Shown here one piece after another: positions 30,145 to 39,537 of a DNA stretch of 64,000 nucleotides. The notes below the pieces were generated by a model. The model made no database searches and was not told the DNA's origin. It saw nothing but the letters and a program-made list of their open reading frames with translations. The DNA is taken from positions 2,432,001-2,496,000 of the forward strand of contig OZ240215.1 of NCBI GenBank assembly GCA_965197585.1. The letters run 5' to 3'. Numbering within the stretch: the first letter of the stretch is position 1; each line of letters starts with the position of its first letter. Made by a program: the position numbers and the translations under genes. This DNA is from Dehalococcoidia bacterium (GTDB lineage: Bacteria; Chloroflexota; Dehalococcoidia; Plut-88900).

Positions 30145-31401
30145 CTAGTCTCCGATTAACGGCGCTTCCGCAGATACCCGCGCCCCCAGCAACCCCGCAT
30201 ACTCTTCCTCCCCCAATCCCAGCATGTCGCAGAACACCCGACGGTTGTGCTGAGCATACTGCGGCGCTGGTGCGTGGCTCCCGCCAGGCGTCTTGGACAT
30301 CTTGAACGGCATACCAAAGTGAGAGTATTCCCCCACCGACGCATGGTCCGTCGTCTCGAAAAACCCTCTCTCTTTGAAGTGTGGGTCTTCGAATAGGTCG
30401 TTTGCCTTGCTCACGATTCCGCACTGCACACCCATCCCCTGCAACCGAGCCATCACATCCCTCGCCCCCAGCCCCGAGGTCCACGCGTTTATCGCCTCGT
30501 CAATCTCTTCTTGCAACCGGAACCTGCTCAGGATATGTCTAAAGCGCTTCTCTTGCAGAAGGTCTTCCCGACCCATTGCCCGGCACAACGACTCCCATTC
30601 CACGTCGCTGCCCGCCGAGATCGCAACCCACTCATCCTCACCCTTGCACCGGTACGCGCCCTGTGGAGCCCGAGAAGAGTGCCGGTTCCCCATACGCTTT
30701 CGTACCCGCCCGTTCATCGTGAAGTCCAGGACTGCGTCACCCAGCAAGCCGATGTAGCCCTCATGCTGGGACAGGTCCATCCTGGCCCCTTGTCCCGTCC
30801 GTCGCCTCCTCTCCAACCCCGCCAGTATCGAATACACCCCCCACATCCCCGACGCCGGGTCCGTGAATGCCCCCGAAGAACGTACCGGCGGTCCGTCTGG
30901 GAGCCCCGTCAGATGGGAAAGGCCCGTCATACCTTCCAGGGCTTCCCCAAAGCACACGTAGTCCCTGTATGGCCCCGACCGCCCGAAGGACGGCATGCTT
31001 ATCATTATCAGGTCTGGCCTCACCTTTTTCAGGTCATCGTAGTCCAGCCGTAGATTACCCATCACCCGTGCGCTGTAGTTCTCGATTACAACATCCGCAA
31101 TAGAAACTAGCTCCAGCATCAGGTCCCGGCCCCGTTCAGTCTGCAGGTCCAGAGCGATACTTTCTTTGTTCCGGTTCCCCATATGAAAATAGGAGCCCCG
31201 GTTATGTGGGTCCTCCGTATCCTCTATCCCGTCCGGTGGAAGCATGTACCTAACCGCGTCCACGTATACGGTGGCCTCGACCCGGATCACCTCTGCCCCC
31301 AGCGATCCCATCAGTTGCGTCGCGTACGGCCCAGCCCAGTACCGAGTCAGATCAACAATCCTAATGTCGCTTAACGGCAACTGTTTCAAGTCAGTCTCCA
31401 T
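30145..31401 (-). CDS. class III (CaiB/BaiF) CoA transferase, catalytic-type subunit
   Basis: 'AGPY', 'NRNK', 'FGRSGPY', catalytic-position Asp in 'FTDPASG'. Confidence 0.9.
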   Translation of the reverse strand: METDLKQLPLSDIRIVDLTRYWAGPYATQLMGSLGAEVIRVEATVYVDAVRYMLPPDGIEDTEDPHNRGSYFHMGNRNKESIALDLQTERGRDLMLELVSIADVVIENYSARVMGNLRLDYDDLKKVRPDLIMISMPSFGRSGPYRDYVCFGEALEGMTGLSHLTGLPDGPPVRSSGAFTDPASGMWGVYSILAGLERRRRTGQGARMDLSQHEGYIGLLGDAVLDFTMNGRVRKRMGNRHSSRAPQGAYRCKGEDEWVAISAGSDVEWESLCRAMGREDLLQEKRFRHILSRFRLQEEIDEAINAWTSGLGARDVMARLQGMGVQCGIVSKANDLFEDPHFKERGFFETTDHASVGEYSHFGMPFKMSKTPGGSHAPAPQYAQHNRRVFCDMLGLGEEEYAGLLGARVSAEAPLIGD

Positions 31402-31404
31402 GCT

Positions 31405-32613
31405 CTATATCACTTGCCCCGACCCCAGCATCGCCATCTCCTTAACCGAGATTCCGAGCCGCTGCTGATAGACCTCCCGGTTCGCCTCTCCCAAAGTCGG
31501 CGCCATCTCCGGGACAGGCGCCTCTTCACTCTCTATAGTCAACCCCGTGCCAGGGAATTTGATGTCTCCAAACTCCGGGTGCTCCAGCGTCTTGAAGAAC
31601 CCGCGCTCTCTCAGGTGCTGGTCTCTGAGCATGTCCCTCGGCGTGTCGACCTTGGCGCAAGGTATCCTCAGCAATTGTGATAGCTCAAATGCCTCGTCAC
31701 TCTCCTGATCGCTCAACCAGGCCCCGATGGAGTCCCAAAGTGTCTGCTTCGCCTCTTCCGGTATAGCTCTCGAAAGTGCTGATTCGAACGAGTCCACCAG
31801 CTCCGGGTGCCCGATCATCTCAAACAGCGACTGCCTCTGCTGCTGCGTCAGGGACGTCACGATCATGTAGCCGTCCTTGGTCTGGTACATGTCGCACAGC
31901 GGCGTCGGCGGCGAAAGCGAACTGCCCGTCCTGCCCCTCACCACCCCCTGGTATGTGTACAGGATGAGCGTAGTCTCCAGGAAGTTCGCCGTCACCTCCA
32001 GCATCGACACGTCCACCCGCTGCCCCTCCCCCGACACCTCCCGCCAATGCAAGGCTGAAAGCGCCGCTATCGCCCCCGTCATCCCCGACTTGAGCTGCGG
32101 CAGATAACCTCCTGATGCGACCGGCTCCTCATCGGGATACCCTGTCGGGTACATCAGCCCACTTATCGCGTGCTCGATAAGCTCGTTGGCCTTGTACCCC
32201 GCGTACGGCCCCCACTGCCCGAAATCCGACACCGATATTTGCACCAGCCCCGGATTCCTGGAGCTCAATTCATCATATCCGAGCCCCATCTCTTCCATAA
32301 ACCCCGGATCGAAGCTCTCCACCAGCACGTCGGCCTCTTCGGCCAGCCGCTGAAATATCCGCCGCCCCGTGGTCCTGGTCAAATCCAGGGTTATGCTCCG
32401 TTTACCGCCGTTCAGGTAGATAAAAAACCCACTGCTCTCCCGACCCGGGAAATCGTTGAAGAACGGCGCATAGTCCCGCACCGGGTCCCCCGACACCGGA
32501 GGCTCGACCTTCACCACCTCCGCCCCTCCCCGCCCCAGCAGCCTCGCACAAAACGCCCCCCCGATGCCGTTGCTAACGTCGAGTACCTTTAGATGGGAAA
32601 GCCAGTTGTTCAT
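31405..32613 (-). CDS. class III CoA transferase, probably non-catalytic partner subunit
   Basis: 'GAEVVKVEP', 'N.GKRSITLD', 'FGQWGPY'; Gln at the position aligned with the catalytic Asp. Confidence 0.88.
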   Translation of the reverse strand: MNNWLSHLKVLDVSNGIGGAFCARLLGRGGAEVVKVEPPVSGDPVRDYAPFFNDFPGRESSGFFIYLNGGKRSITLDLTRTTGRRIFQRLAEEADVLVESFDPGFMEEMGLGYDELSSRNPGLVQISVSDFGQWGPYAGYKANELIEHAISGLMYPTGYPDEEPVASGGYLPQLKSGMTGAIAALSALHWREVSGEGQRVDVSMLEVTANFLETTLILYTYQGVVRGRTGSSLSPPTPLCDMYQTKDGYMIVTSLTQQQRQSLFEMIGHPELVDSFESALSRAIPEEAKQTLWDSIGAWLSDQESDEAFELSQLLRIPCAKVDTPRDMLRDQHLRERGFFKTLEHPEFGDIKFPGTGLTIESEEAPVPEMAPTLGEANREVYQQRLGISVKEMAMLGSGQVI

Positions 32614-32750
32614 TCTTATACTGCTGGAGAGACCATCCTCTCCAGCAGATCCATCTCCTGCCTAAAATGCGGGCGTCACATGCACAAAAAGCATGTGACG
32701 CCCGGTTCTTGCGTCTTCTCTTGAGGGGGCGAGGATCTCCCCTCTTGCCC

Positions 32751-34085
32751 CTAGTACCCTATCGCATCCAGCGACGCGTCCACCGCGTCCACGTAAGCAT
32801 CCATCTCCTCGTGACCCATCACCGTCGAGATGCAGCTCAGCCCCCGACCCGCATATACAATGCCGTGCCCCAGCATCTCGTGGCTGAACTTGTTGAACGT
32901 CTCCTGTCCAGGCCCGGACGCCGAGAAGTCCCGGAAGTCGTTCATATCCTGGTCCGTCAGGTGGAACCAGAACAGAGACCCGGAGCCCGTGATCTGCGCC
33001 GGCACTTCTTTCCGCACAATTAGGTCGCTCAGCTTACCTCTCACGTAGTCGCCCAGCCCACCTATCCGGTCGAACGCCTCAGGCGTCATCATTTTCATCG
33101 CCGTCAGCCCCGCCGTCATCGTCACCGGGTTCGCGTTGAAAGTCCCTCCGTGATGGACCTGGTGCCCCGACCTATGGTCGAAGACTTCCATCACGTCGTC
33201 CGAGCCTGCCACCGCCCCCACAGGGAAACCTCCCCCGATTATCTTCGCCAGTGCAGTTATGTCCGGCTTGATCCCATGTTGCTCAAGCGCTCCCTTATAG
33301 GAGAGCCGGAAACTGATGACTTCGTCCGAGATCAGAAGTATCCCGTAGTCCTGCGTTATTCGTCTTATCGACTCCAGGAAGCCCGGCTTGGGCGGTATCC
33401 ACCCGAGTGCCGCAGGTAGCGGATCGATGACCACCGCCGCCAGCTCGTCCTTGTGCTTCTCTATGATCGAGGCGCAAGCGTCGAAGTTGTTCCACGGCAT
33501 CGCGATCACTTCTTCCGTGACCACTGGCGATACGCTCGGCTCAGACACGCTGGTCGGGAATACGGAGTCGCCCCACTCACCTGGGTTGGCGGCCTCGCTC
33601 ACCTGGGCGTAGTCGTAGCTCCCGTGGTAGGCGCCCTCAATCTTGGCGATCTTGTACTTGCCCGTCCGAGCCCGAGCAGCCTTAATCGACAGCATCACCG
33701 CCTCACTCCCTGAGTTGCAGAACCGGATCTTGTCGATGGAGTCGATTCGGTCGACCAGCAGGTTCGCCAGTTCCAGCTCGGGCTCCGTCGGCATCGCGAA
33801 GGCCGTCCCCTTCTCCAGTTGCTTGCTGACCGCTTCCACTATCGCCGGATGCGCGTGCCCGTGGATCAGCGAAGTCATGTTGTTGATGAAGTCGAGCCGC
33901 TCCTCGCCCTCAACGTCTCTCAGCTTGAACCCGCTCGCACTGCTCACGTAGATCGGGTACGGATTCATCGTCACCGAGTGTCGGCTGTTTCCCCCCGGCA
34001 GCACCCTCAGACCCTGCTCGTAAAGCTGTTTCGACCGCGACGCTTCGGACCTGTACGCGATAGTCTCGGGGCCTTTGCCGGTCAT
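32751..34085 (-). CDS. class III aminotransferase (GSA aminomutase-like)
   Basis: 'LPGGNSR', 'NSGSEA', 'GAYHG', 'DEV', 'AKIIGGGFP', 'GTFNANP'; RBS AGGAGG before ATG 34085. Confidence 0.9.
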   Translation of the reverse strand: MTGKGPETIAYRSEASRSKQLYEQGLRVLPGGNSRHSVTMNPYPIYVSSASGFKLRDVEGEERLDFINNMTSLIHGHAHPAIVEAVSKQLEKGTAFAMPTEPELELANLLVDRIDSIDKIRFCNSGSEAVMLSIKAARARTGKYKIAKIEGAYHGSYDYAQVSEAANPGEWGDSVFPTSVSEPSVSPVVTEEVIAMPWNNFDACASIIEKHKDELAAVVIDPLPAALGWIPPKPGFLESIRRITQDYGILLISDEVISFRLSYKGALEQHGIKPDITALAKIIGGGFPVGAVAGSDDVMEVFDHRSGHQVHHGGTFNANPVTMTAGLTAMKMMTPEAFDRIGGLGDYVRGKLSDLIVRKEVPAQITGSGSLFWFHLTDQDMNDFRDFSASGPGQETFNKFSHEMLGHGIVYAGRGLSCISTVMGHEEMDAYVDAVDASLDAIGY

Positions 34086-34257
34086 GGGATACCTCCTAGT
34101 AATAAAGCCCCCGTCCAGGGGCTGAAAAAGAATATCAGACCCCCCACCCCCACGCAACGCCCCACATAGTCCCCTCTTCCTCAATGTGTCAAAGATGCGC
34201 CGAGGCGTGACGCTTGCATAACCGGCATTCCCGCGTAAGCATGTTCCCGAAATACAG

Positions 34258-34351
34258 CCTTTCCATTCCTGGGGGCAGGGTATTCCGCTCGCCCTGTCGA
34301 AGATGCGCCGTGGCGTGAGCGAAGTCGAAGGGTCTCAAGAACGGAAAGGGG
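34258..34351 (+). repeat. composite REP (ccctgagc..gtcgaaggg family) carrying a 21-nt insertion
   Basis: matches 55770-55843 apart from the insertion at 34297-34317. Confidence 0.8.
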
Positions 34352-34364
34352 GCAGGGTCCTCCC

Positions 34365-35056
34365 TCCCCCAAATGTGACACGAACCCCTTGACCAAAGCA
34401 AAACACTTGTGCTATATTCTCCCCTGAATGGCCAATCACTCACCCTAACCACCAAGGAGGAACCAAAAACTAGGGAAGCCCACCCGACCCCACCCGAGGA
34501 CTCAACGTCTCAGCCCATCCCAACGGCCCTCGCGCAGGCCCACGGCTCAAGCGAAAGTCGCCATCTCCTCAACCATCGGGTCCCGTGTACCCTTCCCCCT
34601 TCCCTGACCCCCAGGCGATGGAAGACGCCCTGGACCGTACTTAAAAGTCTCCTCATGGAGCAACCTTGTCCCATGGAGCGGAACGGGGCGGCCCGTAGCC
34701 GAGGCCCCCTCGGCTCTCCGTCCGCTTCCTCAAATAAAACTGGACTGTCCGCCACTCCCGGCTCCTGGATACAGGCGGCTAACTGGATACCCCGTACTCC
34801 TGCGAGGGGAACTGACCCTGGACTTTCCCCTTCCTGCACCCGCCTACGGCGGACAGCGCAGCCAACCCTCATTGGAGCCTATGACGGATGACGGACCCGT
34901 ACGTCCGACCATACTTCCAGGTCTAGGCGGCGGCGGAGACCCGTCCCACGCTCCCGGGACGCCTCCTAGCCCGCATTATCTAAATGTAGGCAGCCGAATC
35001 CAGCAAGCGTCTTTCATCGCCTTCCCACCAACAAACGACATACCAAACAAGACCCC
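34365..35056 (+). ncRNA. putative large structured non-coding element with own promoter, copy A
   Basis: homologous to 50181-50939(-); promoter 34389-34418; helices AGGGAAG/CTTCCCT and 34614-34628/35007-35021. Confidence 0.6.
34389..34418 (+). promoter_or_regulatory. sigma70 promoter with overlapping LexA-like box
   Basis: TTGACC-18 nt-TATATT with extended TG; AAAC-ACTT-GTGC in the spacer. Confidence 0.6.
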
Positions 35057-35115
35057 ACAATCGAAGATGGAACATCCGCCTTGGGCGGGTCCGCCTCAAG
35101 AGGACCGAATACCCC

Positions 35116-36036
35116 CTACTTAAACCCCACCATCACCTCTTTCGCAAACCGCTCTACCTGCGATATCCCCTCCTCCGGCGGACACACGACGTTCATCACA
35201 AACTCCGTCACCCCAACGTCCACGAACGCCTGTAACATCTCTCGCATCCGGTCTGCCGTCCCCAGCAGGTGAGGCGCATTCGCGGGCACGGTTGTCGAGC
35301 TGCCATATCTCCGCGTAAACACCCCCGAGGCTATCTCCGCCGACTCCTCCGCACTCCCCGAGAAGCACAGGAACAGGTGCATCACCCTCGTCATCGCCGA
35401 GTCCCCCCGCCCCGACTCCCGCGCATGCTTCTCGGCCTGCTCGAACATCGCCTTAGCCTCCTCCGGTGTCTTGCTCACAGGGATTAGTGAGTCGGCGAAC
35501 CGTCCAGCCCTTCTCACCACCGACGCCGCTCCTCCCCCGACATGTATCCGAGGGTGAGGCTTCTGCACCGGTTTGGGGACCAGTTGATATTCATCCAGGT
35601 CAAAATGCTTTCCGTGGAACGTCACCGAGTCCTCTGTCCACAACCTCTTGATCACCTCCAACGCCTCATCCGACCAGCTCGCCCTGTGCCGTACGTTGCC
35701 CCCGTATGCCTTGAAGTCGGGCCCTTCGTTACCCACTCCGACTCCCAGCACCGCCCTGCCCCCGGACAGGATGTCCAGGCTTGCCACCGTCTGCGCCACC
35801 ATCACAGGGTTCCTGAGCGGCAGCAGCATCACCGACGGGCCTACCATCAGCTTGCTGGTGTGGGCCGCCATGAACGACAACGCCGTGAAACACTCCAACG
35901 ACGACGCCCCCGACCCTATGTTCTCCGTTACCCAAAGCGAGTCTAACCCCAGTTCTTCAACCTTTTGAGCGTACGCCGGAAGGTCCGTGAAGTCGTCCCG
36001 CTCCGAATAAGTCACGCCGAACTTGATGTCTGACAT
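35116..36036 (-). CDS. LLM-class flavin-dependent oxidoreductase
   Basis: 'KFGV', 'DSLWVTE', 'LPLRNP', 'LDILSGGR', 'PKPVQKPHP'. Confidence 0.9.
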   Translation of the reverse strand: MSDIKFGVTYSERDDFTDLPAYAQKVEELGLDSLWVTENIGSGASSLECFTALSFMAAHTSKLMVGPSVMLLPLRNPVMVAQTVASLDILSGGRAVLGVGVGNEGPDFKAYGGNVRHRASWSDEALEVIKRLWTEDSVTFHGKHFDLDEYQLVPKPVQKPHPRIHVGGGAASVVRRAGRFADSLIPVSKTPEEAKAMFEQAEKHARESGRGDSAMTRVMHLFLCFSGSAEESAEIASGVFTRRYGSSTTVPANAPHLLGTADRMREMLQAFVDVGVTEFVMNVVCPPEEGISQVERFAKEVMVGFK

Positions 36037-36051
36037 GTCAGTTCACCTCTG

Positions 36052-36969
36052 CTATTTGAAATTCGGCATTATCTCCCGTGCCACCTTCTCCACCGTTGCC
36101 GGGACCTCTCCCGCCGGACACACCGGGTCGAGAATAACGTGCGTCGCCCCCGCTGCCTCGTATTCCTTCAACACCCTAACACACTCCTCTACCGTTCCCA
36201 GAACGGCGTTCACCCCTGCGTGGATATGGTAAACCGGGTATGTGTATCGAGCCAGCAGCGTCGCCCTCGCTACCTCCAGTGCGCCCTCCGCAGAGCCCCC
36301 AAAGTTCACGTACAGGTAAATCCCATTCGCAAACTCTCTCGACTCCCTCCCACACTCTCGCCGGTATCCCTCTATCTTCCTGTACATCTCTGCCGTATCT
36401 CCCGGCGCCGTGTGTGCCGGTATGAACCCGTCCCCCCACCTCCCTGCCCGCCGAAGTACGGGGGGTGCATCTCCCCCGACCCAGATCGGTGGATAAGGTC
36501 GCTGATACGGCCTCGCCCCAAGAGCGTAGTCCGAAAACTGCGAGAACTTGCCTTCAAAGGTGACTGGCTCCCCAGTCCAAAGCTTGGTCATTATCTCCAG
36601 CGTTTCGTCGCACCGCTTGCCCCGCTCGCTCAAGGGCACACTGTAGGCCTTATATCCCTCAACCGCGTTCCCCCCCGACCCTACCCCAAGTATGAACCGC
36701 CCTTCCGAGAGGTGGTCTACCGTCGCCACAGCGTGTGCGAATCCAACTGGGTTCCGGAGAGGCAGAAGCACCACGGCCGGCCCTATCGTGATCCGCTCCG
36801 TATACGCGGCGAACTGGCTCAGGACCACCATCGGTTCCAAGGCCTCGGGGCCGCTGTGCACGTTCTCCGTCACCCACAGGGAGTCGTAGCCCGATGATTC
36901 CACCAGCCGTGCCCACTCCCGAGCCTGCTTCGCGTCCTGGTAGTAAGCGTAAGATATTCCGAATTTCAT
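36052..36969 (-). CDS. LLM-class flavin-dependent oxidoreductase
   Basis: 'MKFGI', 'GYDSLWVTE', 'LPLRNP', 'DHLSEGRFILGVG'. Confidence 0.9.
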   Translation of the reverse strand: MKFGISYAYYQDAKQAREWARLVESSGYDSLWVTENVHSGPEALEPMVVLSQFAAYTERITIGPAVVLLPLRNPVGFAHAVATVDHLSEGRFILGVGSGGNAVEGYKAYSVPLSERGKRCDETLEIMTKLWTGEPVTFEGKFSQFSDYALGARPYQRPYPPIWVGGDAPPVLRRAGRWGDGFIPAHTAPGDTAEMYRKIEGYRRECGRESREFANGIYLYVNFGGSAEGALEVARATLLARYTYPVYHIHAGVNAVLGTVEECVRVLKEYEAAGATHVILDPVCPAGEVPATVEKVAREIMPNFK

Positions 36970-37005
36970 TTAGCTATCCCTACTCGTTTCTCTATGACGC
37001 GCACA

Positions 37006-38028
37006 CTAGCTCATCAAAAAGCCGTGCTTTAGCGGGTCGTCAGGGTCTATTACAAACTGGTGCATCGCCGTCACGTACGCCGACCCCGTGAGCTCAGGCA
37101 CTATAGCCGGGTAGTCCCCGACCTTAGTCTCTCCGATCGCCCGGGCCCGGAACAGTGTCCCGATGTAGCTTTCGTAAACGAATTCTTCACCCTTGCCTAT
37201 CTTCCTGCCGGCGTACATCACCGCCAGCCGAGAGCAAGTCCCCGTCCCGCACGGCGACCGGTCAATGCTCCCCGGCGGTATCACCACGACATTCTTGGAA
37301 TCGGCCTCCGGGTGGGTGGGAGGCCCGTAGAATTGCACCTGCATCGTGCCCCCGAAGTAGGACTGCTCTCTGCCATTCGGCTCAGGGTGCACTATTTCCA
37401 GCTGGTCCAGAGCATCATCCCTAATGCTTATTCCCGACGATATGATCTTCTCCAGCTCCCCCTCCCCAAGTGTCAGCCCCACCGACTCCGCAGGCACGAG
37501 CAGGTAGTACATCCCCCCATAAGCCACGTCCAGCACGACTTCCCCAAACTCCCTCGTATTTACGCTCACATCCTTCTCGTACAGGAACGCCGGCACGTTC
37601 TGGATTGTCACCGATTTCGCCCTTCCCCCCTCCACCAGCACCCGCGCCTCAATCAACCCCGCCAACGTCTCCAGGTTTATCCTGGTTACCGGCTCTTGCA
37701 CTTCCACCATGTCCGTCTCCACCAGCACAGTGCATGTCGCTATAGTGCAGTGGCCGCACATAGGCACGTATCCCTGCGGCTCCAGGATGATCATCCCCAC
37801 GTCGGCCCCCGGCATCGAAGGTTCCGTTATCACCGTCGCACACATTCCGCTGTGTCCCCGTGGCTCGAACAGTACCGCCGTCCGAAGGTGGTCCATTTCG
37901 TCACGCAGATACTGAGTCTTCTCCACCACCGACTTGCCGGGAATCATAGGAAAACCGCCGGTTATCACCCTCAGGGGACACCCGGCGGCATGTGCCTCAA
38001 CACTACTTATCACATTAGAGATGTTCAT
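37006..38028 (-). CDS. proline racemase / hydroxyproline epimerase family protein
   Basis: 'EPRGH', 'MCGH', 'DRSPCGTGT' (Cys/Cys dyad). Confidence 0.92.
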   Translation of the reverse strand: MNISNVISSVEAHAAGCPLRVITGGFPMIPGKSVVEKTQYLRDEMDHLRTAVLFEPRGHSGMCATVITEPSMPGADVGMIILEPQGYVPMCGHCTIATCTVLVETDMVEVQEPVTRINLETLAGLIEARVLVEGGRAKSVTIQNVPAFLYEKDVSVNTREFGEVVLDVAYGGMYYLLVPAESVGLTLGEGELEKIISSGISIRDDALDQLEIVHPEPNGREQSYFGGTMQVQFYGPPTHPEADSKNVVVIPPGSIDRSPCGTGTCSRLAVMYAGRKIGKGEEFVYESYIGTLFRARAIGETKVGDYPAIVPELTGSAYVTAMHQFVIDPDDPLKHGFLMS

Positions 38029-38123
38029 TCATGTGTAAACGGGCCTACATCAATCCTGTTTGCATTAGCTAAAATCTAGAATTAGTTGAATTGCTGGGCC
38101 TGTATAGGGGTTGTAGGTCGACT

Positions 38124-38474
38124 TTAGGACTTTTGCTGGATTGCACGGTTCAACAGCGTCTTTCTTACCCGCCCATTTACACCAATAAGGCCAAGCGTGG
38201 CAAGCTTATAATATTCAGTCTTATTGTATCTTCCTAATTTTCTTTCCATTACGTATAAGCAGTGGTAGGCTTTTATCTGCTCCACCTCTTCTACGTTAAG
38301 GCGGGATTGCATCATGGCATCGTACAAGTGAGGCCGTGATATATCTTTGGTTATCATATCTACATAAGTCTGGTCAGCTAAGCCCTCCAATATTTTCCAG
38401 ACGGGCATAGTTTCCTTCTTCTTTTCGCTGCCTAGGAGCCGTTTTAGTAATCCAATCATGAACAACTTATACAC
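38124..38474 (-). CDS. small AT-rich hypothetical protein
   Basis: 116-aa ORF in a low-GC patch, RBS GGAG; no recognised motif. Confidence 0.55.
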   Translation of the reverse strand: MYKLFMIGLLKRLLGSEKKKETMPVWKILEGLADQTYVDMITKDISRPHLYDAMMQSRLNVEEVEQIKAYHCLYVMERKLGRYNKTEYYKLATLGLIGVNGRVRKTLLNRAIQQKS

Positions 38475-38534
38475 TCCGTAAATACAAATAGATCAACATG
38501 TCCGACTTTAGAGACGCATAAAGAGGAGGACGTC

Positions 38535-39512
38535 CTACAACTGATACGCCAAATCCACCCCCGACACCTCCTCCCAATCCCCATCCCTCGACACATAGAA
38601 TTCTAGTCGTAGCCCGTCCGGGTCAAGCAGGAAGAAGCTCCTCTTGGTCGACGAGTCGATACTAGCCTCCGGCTCAATTCCCCTGGCCTTGACTGCCGCC
38701 TCTGCCGCTTCCACTTCCTCTTCGCTCTTCAACTCAAACCCGACATGGTGCATCCCCGGCTCCCGACCCTCTGTCAAAGGCAGTATCACCAGGTCATGCC
38801 TGTCCAGGGGACCCGTGAACACGGTATAAGACCCATCCGCCCCTGCTTGTGCGACCTCCAGCCCAGCCACGTCCTTGTAGAAATCCACCAGTCCTTCGTA
38901 GTCTTGGGCCACCAGTGCTCCGTGCCCCACCTGTCTGCTCGGTATTATCGCTCCAGGGTTAGGCACGAGGTCGGGGTTATCGGCGTATCTCGGGGCCGTG
39001 CTTCGCTCTGCCGTCTGTGGTGTCCACTTGACCGTCAGCACCTCCGTATTCCCGTCCCGCCACACTTCTCGCCAGTCCTTGGCAGCATCAGCGTAGAACT
39101 CGTGATAGTTGCCCTCGGGATCAAAAAGATAAACGCTATGCGAAACTTGGTGGTCCGCCGTCCGGTGGATCGGCAGCCCCGACTCCAGCGCCCGCTCATA
39201 AGCCTCCAGCAACACGAGCTCGTTCTCCATCTCCCACCCAAAGTGGTTCAGCCCGGGCCTCATGCCTCGCTTATCCGATATCAGGCTCGACCCGTCTCCG
39301 GCCTTCCGCGCCCTCGCCGATATCTCGATCAGGGCGACGTCATGATGCGAGCTCCCGTTGCTCAGGAATATAGCCTTGATCGGCGGCTCCCGGAACACCT
39401 CGCTGAGCCCGCACACTTTCGTGTAGAACTCCATCGAGCGCTCCAACTCCCCAACGAACAAATTCGCATGCCCCAACCTCCGAGGCCTGAACATCACACT
39501 CATTTCACCCAT
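38535..39512 (-). CDS. two-domain VOC family protein (extradiol dioxygenase-like)
   Basis: 'RLGHANL', 'HHDVAL', 'GLNHFGWE', 'DH..SHSVY..DPEGN..E'. Confidence 0.88.
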   Translation of the reverse strand: MGEMSVMFRPRRLGHANLFVGELERSMEFYTKVCGLSEVFREPPIKAIFLSNGSSHHDVALIEISARARKAGDGSSLISDKRGMRPGLNHFGWEMENELVLLEAYERALESGLPIHRTADHQVSHSVYLFDPEGNYHEFYADAAKDWREVWRDGNTEVLTVKWTPQTAERSTAPRYADNPDLVPNPGAIIPSRQVGHGALVAQDYEGLVDFYKDVAGLEVAQAGADGSYTVFTGPLDRHDLVILPLTEGREPGMHHVGFELKSEEEVEAAEAAVKARGIEPEASIDSSTKRSFFLLDPDGLRLEFYVSRDGDWEEVSGVDLAYQL

Positions 39513-39537
39513 CTCATCTTCTCCTATCCTTCGGAAT

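Noticed and set aside
34409-34891. 160-aa ORF and its counterpart 50467-50895 sharing 'KEEPKT..PPEDSTS.PIPTALAQA'
   Set aside because: Starts overlap the -10 box with no SD, and indels between the copies scramble the frame; the similarity is explained by nucleotide conservation
34874-34910. GAGCC..ACGT segment resembling group II intron domain V
   Set aside because: Does not form the DV hairpin, no DVI or GUGYG 5' end, and copy B does not keep the pattern
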